A stretch of 64,000 bases of DNA from Octopus sinensis (GCF_006345805.1 NC_043016.1:10478001-10542000), one strand, 5' to 3'; shown: positions 10,091 to 23,265, counted from the stretch's first letter. Numbers and translations: made by a program. The notes: generated from the sequence alone by a model not told the origin.

Positions 10091-10207
10091 ACATATATAT
10101 ATGTGTGTGTGTGTATGTATATATATATATATGTATGTGTGTGTGTATGCATATAATAGTGTGTTGTGGTGTGTATGTATATATATATATGTGTGTGTGT
10201 GTGTGTC

Positions 10208-11690
10208 ATTATTCAGTTTATTTCAAGATTTCTTGCCAATAGAGAAAGAACTGGTTTCTAACCTAAATCCAAGGCTCCTTCATTGGAATTTCAACATCAA
10301 CAACAGGATATTTTTGTATGTATGTATGTCTGTATGTATGCATGTATGCATGCATGCATGTATGTGTGTGTGTGTGTATGTATTTGTGCAGATTTCTATG
10401 TTTTGCTTTATGTATGTATTCTCATGCATATAGTTGCATATCTAGACATGCTCATATATATTTAAATGATAAACTTCTGTAAAGTTTTACAGATTTTCAC
10501 AGTTCCAGTGATGGATTGGATGTGTCATCTTCAAATTAGCTTTCTCCTTTCTGGTTTTGAGAAGATTAATTTTTCAAGATTGCTATTTAGGCAGTGTTTT
10601 ACATATCCCAAGGTCCCAATAATTACAGGTATAAAGCTGAAGTTGTAATCTGCATAGAGTAACTGCAGATTTCTCAATTGTTTAGCATAGATATTCTCTT
10701 TTCACTGATCTTCAGTTTTATGTTAACATCTGGTGGGCAGATAATTTCCACAACTGTGCACAATTTCTCTTCTCTATCCCAAATCATTATGTCAGGTCTA
10801 TTATGGCTTACATTTCATTGAGGTTTTCACTGGTACATTCCACCAGTATTCCTTTGCATTATGAGTGGCTATGGCTTCTACCATACTGTCGGTTCTTATT
10901 TCTTTTTCTCGGGGTTATCCTTTTAATGGATCTTATTATACAATTTCCTAGCATTTCCAACATCATGTCTCATTGGTAGATAATACTGTGATGACATTTT
11001 CGGACAACTGCTTATAATGTGAGTGATATTTTCGGTGCTAACTCCATAAAGTCTGCATCGGTTATCACATTTTATTGCTTTTCTTGCATCTCTGTCCCTT
11101 TTGTCTATCAGGTATTGGTTGATATTTCTTGTTCCTGGATTGCAAATGCATACTCTCAAAGTGGGAGTTAATAATCTGGTTATTGGTCTATGATAGACTG
11201 CTTTGATGATCGATGTTACTATCATCTCAGAGCTTTCTACTAACATATCCGTGCATAGACTTTTGCTCATATAGGCTCATCCTTTCATATGATATGTTGC
11301 GGTAGAGTCATGTAACTTCTTTGGGCATGTATTTAAGTCTATCAGACAAGGAATGCTTTCAAGGAGCTGCCTTCCAAGTCTTATGATGCTATCTTCCTTT
11401 GCCAAGGGTTAAAAGATGTTGCCGAAGAGATACGATACAACATTGAAAGGCATTTTGGATCAATGTTAAGCCTCTGCAGCCTTGTTTTAATTTTAGGCAG
11501 AGGTGGTCTATGTCCCTGTTTATATGGAAATTATGGGTGCTTGTTGGTATTTTTGGGGTTTTCATATCAATGGCTCAGATCTCATCAAACGTCCGATCAA
11601 GCAGCCCAAATGATGGTCTGAGTACTGGCACTGCAAACACATTGTGGGTCACTGTTTTACTGGATGCGTAGAGTTCCAAGGATCAAATTT
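10208..11690 (-). pseudogene. Non-LTR retrotransposon with restriction-like endonuclease (R4/Dong-like), 5'-truncated and decayed
   Basis: CCHC remnant CRLYGVSTENITHIISSC, RHD motif, and NRPDIMIWDREEKLCTVVEIICP (PD-(D/E)xK region). Confidence 0.8.
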
Positions 11691-11744
11691 CTTTATTTAC
11701 CTGTTATATTCTTTAGTGACACATGTTTTGTTACAGGTGCCATT

Positions 11745-11945
11745 GTATGCATGTATGTATGTATGTATGTATGTATGTATGTATGTTGTATGTATGTATG
11801 TATGCATGTATGTATGTATGTATGTATGTATGTATGTATGTATGTATGTATGTTTGTATGTATGTATGTATGTATGTATGTATGTATGTATGTTTGTATG
11901 TATGTATGTATGTGTGTGTGTGTGTGTGTGTATGTATTTATGTAC
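11745..11945. repeat. (TATG)n microsatellite
   Basis: Seen directly. Confidence 0.95.
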
Positions 11946-12479
11946 ATATATATGTACTGTGTTTGTATCCAGGTATATATATTTGTATGCAGGTATGTGT
12001 GTGTATGTATATACACACACATTGAAATGGAGTGTTTTGCTCAAGAACACAATGAACTGCTTGTCTGAGAATCAAAACTACAAACTCACTATCATGAATG
12101 CAGTACTTATTTGCCCTTTGCCCTTTTAGGGTCAATAAAATAAGTACTAGGTAACCACTGGGGTTAATGAAACCGACTTAGCCCTACCCCCAAATTATTG
12201 ATCTTGTGCCGATGATTTCTTATTAAGGTGCAGGCTCTGAATTCTATTGAAATTCTCAAAATAACTTAAAAAAAAACAACATCGTATTCTAATACAAATG
12301 TACCATATTGACTTGTAAAGCATTTAATATACTTGTAGTGTGTTATGATTACAAAATGAAATATTGTGTCCTTGCTAGCAATTATTATTTAAGTACCTGC
12401 TACAAGCAATGTGTTTAGTATGTAAATTGGTCTATTCAATTGTGTTATACTTTGTTGGTAATTAAGAAGTGCTGATCTC

Positions 12480-13217
12480 TAACTGTGGAGGGAACTTGTT
12501 GTAGAGGTAGACCCCGGAACACGTGGAATGAGGTGGTGAAGCATGACCTTCAAACTTTGAACCTCACAGAGGCAATGATTAGTGACCGAGACCTTTGGCG
12601 ATGTACTCTGTTTAAGAGGACCCATCAAGGCAAGTACCCCAGTGTTGGTGGCAGGTAAGAAAATCAACCATTGAATGTTGGGCTAATGAAGGCAAAGTGG
12701 CTGAGTTCCTTTCGAGCATTGGGCCTCACGGTTACGAGGTGGCTTAGTTCCTTTCAAGTGTTGGGCCTCTTCAAGGCAAAGTGGGTGAGTTCCTTTAGAC
12801 TGTTGGGCCACATGGAGTCGAGTTGGCTGAGTTCCTTTGAGCATTGGGCCTCATGAAGGTAAAGTGGCAGAGCTCCTTTTGAGTGTTGGGCCTCACGGAA
12901 GCAATCACCAAGACCTTTGGCATCATGTCGTGCTTGAGAAGAAGACCCATCAAGCCAAGCAAAATTGCAGTTGTGGCAGGTACCGGTGTCACGCAAATGG
13001 CACCCGTGCCGGTGGCATGTAAAAGCACTTATTACACTCTCGGAGTGGTTGGCATTAGGAAGGACATCCAACCATAGAAAACCATGCCAATTCAGACTGG
13101 GGTTTGGTGCAGCCTTCCAGCGTGCCAGCCCAGTCAAACCGTCTGTCCCATACCAGCATGGTCAACGGACATTAAATGATGATAATGGTGGTGGTGGTGG
13201 TGATGATGATGATGATT
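12480..13217 (+). mobile_element. 5'-truncated RTE LINE, subfamily 2: ORF end, 3' UTR with ~39-bp tandem repeats and (GAT)n-like tail
   Basis: TVEGTCCRGRPRNTWNEVVKHDL; GGCATTAGGAAGGACATCC terminal motif; related copy at 58040-58436. Confidence 0.85.
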
Positions 13218-13264
13218 CAAGGATAGCTGGTTAGTTGGCTATGCTTTTTGTCTCCTGTATGTGA

Positions 13265-13298
<34 letters not shown>

Positions 13299-13719
13299 AC
13301 TGATGTGAGTATATATATATATATAAGGACTGATGTAAAAGCAATAACTCTTGAAATATGGATATACACTGATTACCTCTGTTTTCTATCTTTGCGTTGT
13401 TTATAATAGATATATTCATATACAAAACATCATACCAGTTCTGGTGCTGGATTCTACAGAAACTCTATAGAGATAAACTTAAGAATGGGAACTTTGTGCT
13501 ACTAACACAAAAGTAAGCACAGTATTGACTTGTAAACCTTTAATCTATTTTATAGTATATTAGGGTGGCTAAACAAAATACTGTGTCTTTGCTAGCAATT
13601 AATAGTTGTTATAATTGTTATCATTCGTTACAACAATGTTTTCTTTTGTGACTAATTGAACAAATTCTCTAAATCTCTTTATTTTAAAAGAGAGATAAGT
13701 TATATGTCCTAATTCAAAT

Positions 13720-14340
13720 ATGTATATGCATATGTATGTATGTATGTATGTATGTATGGATGTAAGTATGCATGCATGCATGTATGTATGTATGTATGTA
13801 TGTATGTATGTATGTATGTATGTATGTATGTATGTATGTATGTATGTGCGTATGTATGTAAGTATATATGTATGTATGTATGCATGTATTATATATGTAT
13901 ATAAGTATGTATGTATGTATGTATGTATGTATGTATGTATGCATGTATGTATGTATGTATGTGTGTGTATGTATGTATATATGTATGTATGTATGCATGT
14001 ATTATATATGTATATAAGTATGTATGTATGTATGTATGCATGTATGTATGTATGTATGTATGTATGTATGTATGTATGTATATATGTATGTATTATGTAT
14101 GTATGTATGTATGTATGTATGTATATATGTATGTATTATGTATGTATGTATGCATGTATGTGTGTGTGTATGTATGTATGTATGTATGTATGTATGTTAT
14201 GTATATGTATGTATTATGTATGTATGTATGTATGCATGTATGTGTTGTGTATGTATGTATGTATGTATGTATGTATGTATATATGTATGTATTATGTACT
14301 GTGTGTATGTATGCATGTATGGTGTGTATGTATGTATGTT
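13720..14340. repeat. Long imperfect (TATG)n microsatellite
   Basis: Seen directly. Confidence 0.95.
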
Positions 14341-14468
14341 TTAAAAAAACAAAACAAAAAATGGAACAAGAATGTAACAGGCAATGCTCCATTTTTTGTT
14401 TTTTTTATATACATATAGCAGCGTACATACGCTTTTTCTCTCCTGTATGTGAGTATATATATATATAT

Positions 14469-14502
<34 letters not shown>

Positions 14503-17325
14503 TGGTAGTTAGTGACTTTAGGATCAGGACTAGGAGGACAACCAGAAGACGACAAATATGGAGAAGAAGGATCTGGAAGCTTAAAGATCCTGCAAATGGA
14601 CAGAGATTTAGGGACATATATTACTTGAAGCCTCTGACGAAGTAGAAGGGGATAGAGCATCACAGGGGGTAGAAGACAGCTGGACGTTTCTAAGGGACAA
14701 CCTGCTGAGAGCCACTGACCAGATCTGTGGCTGGTGCAAAGTCCCCTCTCGACCTAGAATAACGTGGTGGTGGAACAATATTGTAGACAGGGCTATTAGA
14801 GAAAAGAGACAGGCTTGGAAGGTCTGGAAAAATGGGGGTAGCAGGGAATTGTATCAGACTGCCAAAAGAAAGCTAGGAGACAGGTTTATTTAGCCAGAGG
14901 GGAAGCAGATAAGAAAAAATTTCTGCGCCGTGAGGACCAAAGACGGAGGTGTTTCGTGTTGCAAGACAGTGTGTGAGAGAGAATCGTGATGTGGTAGGAG
15001 AGAAGTGTGTTCGCATGGAAGATGGTTCACTTGCGCTAAATGAGGATGCAAAGAGAGAGGTTTGGAGATGCCACTATGAAAGGTTGCTGAATGAAGAAAA
15101 TGAATGGGATAAAGAGAGTCTGCCGAATGTTGACCCAACAGAGGGACCAGCTATCCGAGTTGATAGTTCCGTGGTAGCTAAGGCAATTAGAAGCATGAAG
15201 ACAGGGAAAGCCCCAGGCCCATCAGGAATCACTGCAGAGATGCTCAAAATGTCTGGTAGTGTCGGCTATAGCCTAGTCACCTATAGTTAATCAGGTGATA
15301 CACAAAGGGGTCATACCCAATGACTGGTGTAGCAGTATAATAGTCAACTGCTACAAAGGTAAAGGTGATGCCCTAGATACAAATAATTACAGAGGTATCA
15401 AGCTGTTGGATCAGGTGATGAAGGTTACGGAGAGGGTCATAGCCCAACTAATTAGAGAGAGAGTTAGTTTAGATGAGATGCAGTTTGGGTTTGTGCCAGG
15501 AAAAGTACTACTGATGCTATATTCCCGGTAAGGCAGCTGCAGGAGAAATACCTAGCCAAAGATAAGCCCCTGTACCTGGCTTTTGTTGACATGGAGAAAG
15601 CCTTCGACAGGGTCCCCCGATCCCTTATCTGGTGGGCAATGAGGAAACTAGGATAGATGAATGGTTAGTGAGAGCTGTGCGGGCCATGTATAGGGACGCT
15701 GCTAGTAGGGTGAGGGTTGGAAATGAGTACAGTGAAGAATTCCGGGTAGAGGTAGGGGTCCACCAAGGCTCAGTACTCAGCCCCCTCCTATTTATCATAG
15801 TCCTCCAGGCAATAACGGAGGAATTCAAGACAGGATGCCCTTGGGAGCTCCTCTATGCTGATGACCTTGCCCTAATTGCTGAGTCGCTATCAGAACTGGA
15901 GGAGAAGTTTCAGGTGTGGAAACAAGGATTAGAATCGAAGGGCCTCAGAGTCAATCTAGCTAAAACCAAAGTCGTAATCAGTAGGAAGGTAGACAAATCA
16001 CAAACACCTTCAGGTAGATGGCCCTGCTCGATCTGTAGAAAAGGTGTAGGTAGAAACTCTATAAGATGCACCAAGTGTAAGCTATGGACACATAAGAGTG
16101 CAGCAATGTCAAAGGAAGGCTAACTAGGAAGATGGTTTTTGTATGTGGCAGATGCTCAGGAACGATAAACACTGAAAATTCTCTGAGACCAACTTCCGTC
16201 ACTTTCCAGGGAGAAAAACTAGAAATAGTTGATAGTTTCCGTTACCTAGGTGACCAAGTCAGCAGCGGGGGCGGGTGTGCTGAAAGTGTAACTGCTAGAG
16301 TAAGAATAGCTTGGGCAAAGTTCAGAGAGCTCTTACCTCTGCTGGTGACAAAAGGCCTCTCGCACAGAGTGAAAGGCAGACTGTGATGCGTGTGTACGAA
16401 CAGCCATGCTACATGGCAGTGAAACATGGGCCGTGACTGCTGAGGATATGCGTAAGCTCGCTAGAAATGAAGCCAGTATGCTCCGATGGATGTGTAATGC
16501 CGGTACTCACACTTGGCAGAGTGTAAGTACCTTGAGAGAAAAGCTGGACCTAAGAAGCATCAGTTGTGGTGTGCAAGAGAGACGTTTGCGCTGGTATGGT
16601 CATGTGGCGAGAATGGATGAAGATAGTTGTGTGAAAAAGTGCCACACCCTAGCGGTTGAGGGAACCTGTGGAAGAGGCAGACCCAGGAAAACCTGGGACG
16701 AGGTGGTGAAGCACGACCTTCGAACTTTAGGTCTCACTGAGGAAATGACTAGAGACCGAGACCTCTGGAAGTGTGCTGTGCGCGAGAAGACCCGGCAGGA
16801 CAAGTGAGTCCATAACCCGTGGCCTTCTACATGGGATGGAGCCAGCCTACGTATGCATACCTTCCCTTCTTGGGACACAAAACTCTACTTGTGAAGACGT
16901 GTTGAGGCAAGTGAGGATCAGAATCGAAATCGATCAATGGAAATCGATCAATGGAAATTGCAGATGTATTACCAGTGCCGGTGGCATGTAAGAGAACTTT
17001 CCGTTTCGCGACCGTTGCCAGCACCGCCCCGTTTCATGTCCGTTGCCAGCCTCGCCTGGCCCTTGTGCCGGTGGCACATAAAAAGCACCATCCGTTCGTG
17101 GCCGTTTGCCAGCTCTGTCTGGCACCAGTGCGGGTGGCACGTAAAAAGCATCCACTACACTCACGGAGTGGTTGGCGTTAGGAAGGGCATCCAGCCGTAG
17201 AAACACTGCCAGATTTGACTGGGCCTGATGAAGCCTTCTGGCTTCACAGACCCCAGTAGAACCGTCCAACCCATGCTAGCATGGAAAACGGACGCTAAAC
17301 GATGATGATGATGATGATGATGATG
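14503..17325 (+). mobile_element. RTE-clade LINE, 5'-truncated, frameshifted RT with internal PHD-like finger, long 3' UTR and (GAT)n tail
   Basis: KAPGPSGI, NYRGIKLL, QFGFVPG, FVDMEKAFDRVP, GVHQGSVLSPLLF, LLYADDLAL, FRYLG, GSETW, RLRWYGHV, GRPRKTW. Confidence 0.95.
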
Positions 17326-17345
17326 ATATATATATACACACACAC

Positions 17346-17391
<46 letters not shown>

Positions 17392-17769
17392 AGGACTCTT
17401 TTACTCTTTCTTTTAGCCCCCGTCACACTTCATTCTTTCCACTTTTCTGTTTTCTTGCTCCCCCTCTCTCACATATCTTGGCCTCCTTTACTCCCATCAC
17501 TTTTCCTCCTGTTCTACCTCCCTTGTACCTTACTCTACGTCCCTTTCCTTTCTTTTCCTCTCTTTCCCTTCTCTCCCTAACTCTTAAATCCCTCTACCCC
17601 CTACCTCTCTCCTCTCCTTCCACATGACCAGTGTTCCACAAAGCCTGACCTTTCTTTCTTGGTTTGACTACCATTTATGTAGCATCTCTTATATTCCTTC
17701 CCATGACTTTCATCGCTTATATCCCTGCTCTAAGGCTTCACTTTCACACACGCCAGCATGATTTAATTC

Positions 17770-18155
17770 GTCCTCAGTCGAAAGACACCTGTTGTTAATG
17801 TCCTGTTATTTGTATTTGTATTTGTGTACCATTTCTCCATTTTTGCATCCTTGTTTTCATATACATTTGCTTACTTTCTTCCAAAGAATCTAGTGCTCTT
17901 AGCTTAGATTTTCTTGGGGCCGGCCAGATTGGAGCAGTCTCAGGTGTAACTGGCTGAAACTGTAAGGATGATCTGGAACTTGACTGATGATAGAATGCTC
18001 CAAATGACCACTCCTTTTTTTTCCTGTCCTTCTTTGTATCAGCTAACTGTCCGGATGTTTTGTTGTAGCCTGTTACATTCTTCTTCCATTTTTTTTGTTT
18101 TGCTTTTTTGTTATATATACATATAACAGCACACATACACTTTTGGTCTCCTGTA
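17770..18155 (+). repeat. Unclassified interspersed repeat; 3' parts recur at 14345-14455 (with inversion) and 13235-13265
   Basis: Shared GCCTGTTACATTCTT..CCATTTTTT..TCTCCTGTATGT(TA)n. Confidence 0.55.
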
Positions 18156-18500
18156 TGTATATATGTACATCTGTGTGTGTGTATGTATGCATGTATGTAT
18201 GTATGTATGTATGTAAGTATGTGTGCACTTGTGTGTATGTATGTGTGTGTATGTGAATGCGTGTATGTATGAATGTATGTATGTATGTGTATATGTGTGT
18301 GTGTATGTATGTCTGTGAGTGTGTGTATGTGTATGTATGCATGCATGTGTGTGTGCACATGCACTCATGCATGTATGTTTATATGTGTGTACATATGTAT
18401 GTATTATGTATGTATGCATGTATTATGTATGTACGTATGTATGTATGTATGTTTGTATGTATGTATGCATGCACGCATGCATGTATGTATGTATGTTTGT
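18150..18500. repeat. (TATG)n/(TG)n microsatellite
   Basis: Seen directly. Confidence 0.9.
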
Positions 18501-18779
18501 ACATCACTAAAGGATACCTGGTGGTTTAAAATGTGTATTCTCTACTTCCTACACTCTCTCCTTGCAGGTGATTGTCCCGTCCCTGAGGGTTTTTGTATGA
18601 TTGAGGAAAATTAATTTGTTGAGTGCTATATATCTGTATATACCTGTTTCACTGTCATGTACAAGAACCTGCACCTGCCCACAAAATTCTTTCCTGATAC
18701 CAAGAAATAGTCCCCAAAGTACCCACTTGCTTTTTCCCAATTTCACAAACTTAGAGCTGCCATGATCAATTTCAGCACC

Positions 18780-19350
18780 ATCAAGTGACAAGTGAGCTGT
18801 GTGCAAGAGGTATGTTGGAAGGGGACCTCAACTTGACTGCTTATAAGCAATGAACCTAAATACAAATTCTTCTGGATGGGCAGTATTGTTGGGTTCATTT
18901 GGGGAGTGGTGTAGGGTAAGGTATACTTTTGGCAAAGAAATGAATTGATAGGATGATGCTGATGAAAGGCAGATTATATGCTTGTGTACATACAGCAAAG
19001 TTGTGTGGTGGTGAACTGTGGGCCCTAAATGTAGAGGACATGCAAAGATTCAAGAGGACGAAGTTATTCTGCTTCATTGGGCATTCAATAAAAGTGTGCA
19101 TGCATGACAAGGTGCTAATGTACTGAGAGAAAAATTAAGCATAAAAGGAATCAGATATTGCATGCCAGTGAGGAACCTGTGCTGGTTTGATTATTTGATG
19201 TTAATGGATCAGGGACCATTCGCATAAAGAAGTGTCACTTGCTTAAAGTGGAAAGGACTTGTGGAATGGAGAGACTCTTGGAAAGACAAGGCAAAGTAGT
19301 GAAGAGTGATGTCAAGATGTTGAACATTATGGAGAAGATGACAAAGGAAC
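18780..19350 (+). pseudogene. Old internally deleted RTE remnant (AP-endonuclease start joined to C-terminus)
   Basis: CVQEVCWKG, YKFFWMG and GILLAKK, then CGGELWALNVEDMQR. Confidence 0.6.
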
Positions 19351-19455
19351 AAGATGGATGGTGATTTTGCTACGCTTGAGAATATTCCTCCATCACTGGA
19401 GAAATGATATCCTAAAACCACCACATGTAGTGATCTGCCCCCCTCTCTCTCTCTC

Positions 19456-19490
<35 letters not shown>

Positions 19491-20406
19491 ACTCTGTCAA
19501 GCTTTTTTCCCACATCTCATCCCCTAAAATTCATCACTTCTCCATCTATGGTACTACCTGGCTGATATAATCACCTGAGTGCAAAATAGGCACAAATTAA
19601 ATTCCTACTCCTTAGGAACCATCTGCATATCTCATTATCATTCCTGCCTAAGCTATTTCCACAACTCACCCCTTTTCTATGCATTCAGCCATTGCTCTCC
19701 CCCCACCCCCACTCATCTGCTATTCCCCCATTCTTATCACCTTTCTTACCTGCTGTCACTCTCAGTGCCCCCTCACGCCTACCATCACACCCCATTTACC
19801 ATAGCCACCCCACCCATCACCCACTGAATCACTCCTATTTCTCTCCCTATCACTCACTACATTCACTTTCACCCCTGTCTTTCTCCCTCTGTCCTCCCAC
19901 CTCCACTGTATCTTGAGATCCCCAGCATCCAACCACCACCTCTGTCTTCTTTCCTGGGCTTACCTTTCCATCACAACACCTGGCCTCATAACACCAGGCA
20001 TAGAATCATCACCTATCCCCTTCTCAAACAATGGCCCCTACACACACACACATTTAGTCAAGGAGACTTTTCCTGCCCAACTTCATTTTTCCCTTGCTTT
20101 CATCTTCCAGTTCCTTTCTCCTTTTTTGGCCAGTAACCAGCAAGGAGGAGGTGGAGGAGGGTGGTCACTATCATAGCTAGAGTGTGTGCTGCCCGGGGCA
20201 ACCCTTCCATTTGCCGGACCCCACGAAAAAATACATATTGCCAAAAGTACTGCCCCTTTAAAAGTGTTGCCCGAGGAGGCGGGGATCTGCCCCTACCGAC
20301 CCCCCCACTATCTACACTAGTTAGGGTGGTTACTCTTTAATCATAAGTCTGACATCTCAGAATCATCACCACCATTCGAATTGTGAAGAGATACATGTTT
20401 GACATA

Positions 20407-20630
20407 AGGCAGTGAACTGGCAGAAATGTTAGCACACAGGACGAAATACTTAGCGGTATTTCATCTGTCTTTACATTCTGAGTTCAAATTCCGCCGAGGT
20501 CAACTTTACCTTTCATCCTTTCAGGGTTGATTAAATAAGTACCGGTTGCACACTGGGGTCGATGTAATCGACTTAATCCGTTTGTCTGTCCTTGTTTGTC
20601 CCATCTCTGTGTTTAGTCCCTTGTGGGTAA
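20407..20630 (+). mobile_element. tRNA-derived SINE family B
   Basis: GAGTTCAAATTCC B box; central CCTTTCATCCTTTC(G)GGGTCGATAAATTAAGTACC resembles the MetaSINE central domain (recalled); further copies at 21215, 25460-26265, 31760, 36330, 36740 and 53546. Confidence 0.85.
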
Positions 20631-20744
20631 TAATAATAATATAATAAAATAATAATAATAATATAATAATAATAATATATAATAATAATAATATAATATA
20701 ATAATAATAATAATTAATAATAATAATATATAATAATAATAATA

Positions 20745-21222
20745 ATTGTGTACAGTGCTCAGGTGCACTACAACTCATCTAAAGTGTATATATAATCAGG
20801 TGTAGCTTCGACGGATTTCGGGAAGCATGAGGGCCTTAAAGGATGCAGTGTCATGGCAGTCAACAACTGATGCAGGCAGTTTATTCCACGCTTCAGCAAC
20901 CCTGAGCGTGAAAAATGTTTCCGAAAGTCATGGGAGCTGTGCTGTTTTCTGACTTTGTAGGCATGTCCACGTGTGTTAGACACATGGAGATCAAAAATGT
21001 GTTCAGTGTTGTTGTTGGTGAGGTGGTTGATAACCTTGTGGGTGTTTACCAAGTCCGTCGCTAGACGCCGGAGCTTCAGTGAATCCATGCCCAGGGAAAC
21101 AAGGTGCTCAGAATATGGTAGGTGTCTGATGGAGGGTATGCGTTTGGTTGCACGTCTCTGGACAGATTCCAGGAGGTCAATGTTCTGAGCAAGATAGGGA
21201 TTCCAAACTGATGATGCGAATT
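20745..21222 (-). pseudogene. CR1-clade LINE 3' fragment with (ATT)n tail
   Basis: EFASSVWNPYLAQNIDLLESVQRRATK, LRRLATDL, TRGHAYK. Confidence 0.9.
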
Positions 21223-21489
21223 CCAAGTGAGATCAACTTTGCCTTTCGTCCCTTCAGGGGTCAATAAATTAAGTACCAGTTGCATACTAGGATTAATCTA
21301 ATCGTCTGGCCACCTCCCCACAAAATTTCGTGCCTTGTGCCTAGAGTAGAAAAGAACACAGGATTGAACATATTAAAAACGTAACCCCTTTATTAATACC
21401 ACACACTTAACATCCATGTGTTGCTTAGATGTCAGAAGCTGTAGTTTCTCATTAGGGGAAATATCCTTTTTAAAGACATATAACATTAC

Positions 21490-22695
21490 AGTGAAATACA
21501 TATCTGCTGCTCTCATGGTCAGGGTTTCATTTTGCCTATCTCTTAAATATATTGTGCTTTTTAACACTGTGAGTCTTTTAAAGGAATTTTTCTGGACAAA
21601 CGACCACAGCTGCCGGCATTTTAACAACACACATACATTAAAAATGTGGTATTAATAACGTTTACATTACAGATTTGTTTGCATTGTATAATCTCAATTC
21701 ATACTACTTACACGACGCCATTGCAAACCAGCAGATAGATTTTACACTATCTCTTGCATATACTTCAGACTATGGATTTTGACTTCATTTTGTAAGTCAT
21801 GACTTGAATGCACAGCATTGATAAGCTATAAATACAGCAAAATATGTATCTGCTGCTCTAAGGATCATGATTTTGCTTTGCGTATCTCTGAAGATATTGT
21901 GTTTTTTTAACACTATTCATCTTTAAAGGGATTTTTCCCCAAATGAAAAATCACAGCTCCTGGCATTTAAACAACACATGTTAAATACATGGTATCGATA
22001 ACATTTACATTACAGAGCTCTTTCAATTGCATAACTGCAATTTATTAAACATATGCAGCACCATTGCAAATCAGCAGATAGTGTATACACTATATGTTGC
22101 ATTTACTGCAGACTAGGAATTTTGATTTCCATTCAGAAGTTATGACTCAAATGCACAGCGGTGATAAGCTCCAAATACAGCAAAATGCATATCTGCTGCT
22201 CTTGTGATTCAGGTTTTCATTTTGAACACTTATCTGTCTTTAGAGAATTTTTCTCAGACAAAAAAAAAAAAAAACCCACAGTTTCTGGCATTTAAATAAC
22301 ACACATATGTTAAATGTGTGATATTGATAATATTTACATTACAGAGCTGTTTCCATTGTGTAATCTCAGTTTATTCTACTTATACTGCACCTTTGCAAAT
22401 CTGCAAAATAGTTTTTACCCTGTCTGTTGTGTATATGCATTTAGGCAAAGGATTTCAGTGCCATTCCGGAAGTAATGATTCAGATGCACAGCTCTGATAA
22501 CCTGCAAATACAGCTAGATGCGTATCTGCTGCTCTTGTGATCTTGATTTCGTTTTGACTATCTCTCAAGTATGTTCGTTTTTTTTTTTTGTTTTTTTTTT
22601 TAATGCTATGTGTCTTTAAGGGATTTTTTTTTTTTTTTGCTGGACATAAAAACTGCAACTTTGATGTTTAAACAACACACAAACGTTAAGTATGT
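21490..22695. repeat. Diverged tandem array, ~340-bp unit, about 4 copies
   Basis: ATCTGCTGCTC anchor at ~21501, 21848, 22191 and 22524 with colinear flanks; resumes near 23265 after a SINE A. Confidence 0.85.
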
Positions 22696-22699
22696 GAGT

Positions 22700-22792
22700 G
22701 GCTTAAACATAAACACACCAACACCATTTGTCAAGTGGTGGCAGGAGGCAAACACACACACACTCACACACACACTCACACACACACACACA

Positions 22793-22823
<31 letters not shown>

Positions 22824-23078
22824 TACACACACACTCACACACACACACACTCACACACACACACACTCACACATACACACACACATACACACACACATAC
22901 ACACTCACATACACACTCACTTACACACACACTCACACACACTTGCACACTCACATACACACACACACAAACACACTCACACACATATATACTACATATA
23001 GTCCGTTTGTTATTTATTGATGATGATGATGATGATGATGATACAACACACACTCACACACACACATACACACACACA

Positions 23079-23114
<36 letters not shown>

Positions 23115-23265
23115 TATGACAGCTGCTTTCAGATTCTGTCTACCAAATCCACTCACAAGGTTTTGGTCAGCGTGAGGCTATAAAAGAAGACACTTTCCCA
23201 AGGTGTCACAAAGTGGGACTGAACCTGGATCCATTTGGCTGGAAAGTAAACTTTTTACCACACTT
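22700..23265 (-). mobile_element. Decayed SINE A with expanded (CA)n
   Basis: CTACCAAATCCACTCACAAGG and GGGACTGAACC motifs. Confidence 0.75.

Noticed and set aside
10208-11945. RLE LINE apparently targeting (TATG)n
   Set aside because: Unique sequence ending AATAAACTGAATAAT lies beyond the left microsatellite, so that tract may be inside the 3' UTR; (TATG)n is also ubiquitous here.
12670-12905. Regular short repeats resembling a CRISPR array (also 42010-42270 and 48855-49085)
   Set aside because: Eukaryotic context, no unique spacers and no cas genes; these are tandem repeats.
13714-14663. Long MYVC/HTYI-type ORFs here and at 8043, 9010, 11644, 18073, 22606, 28805, 33910 and 63536
   Set aside because: They are translations of (TATG)n/(CA)n microsatellites, which lack stop codons.
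17220-17260. CTGATGAAGCC-TTCT-GGC in the RTE 3' UTR resembling a hammerhead
   Set aside because: No GAAA follows and other copies read CTGGTGCAGCC, so it is a chance variant.
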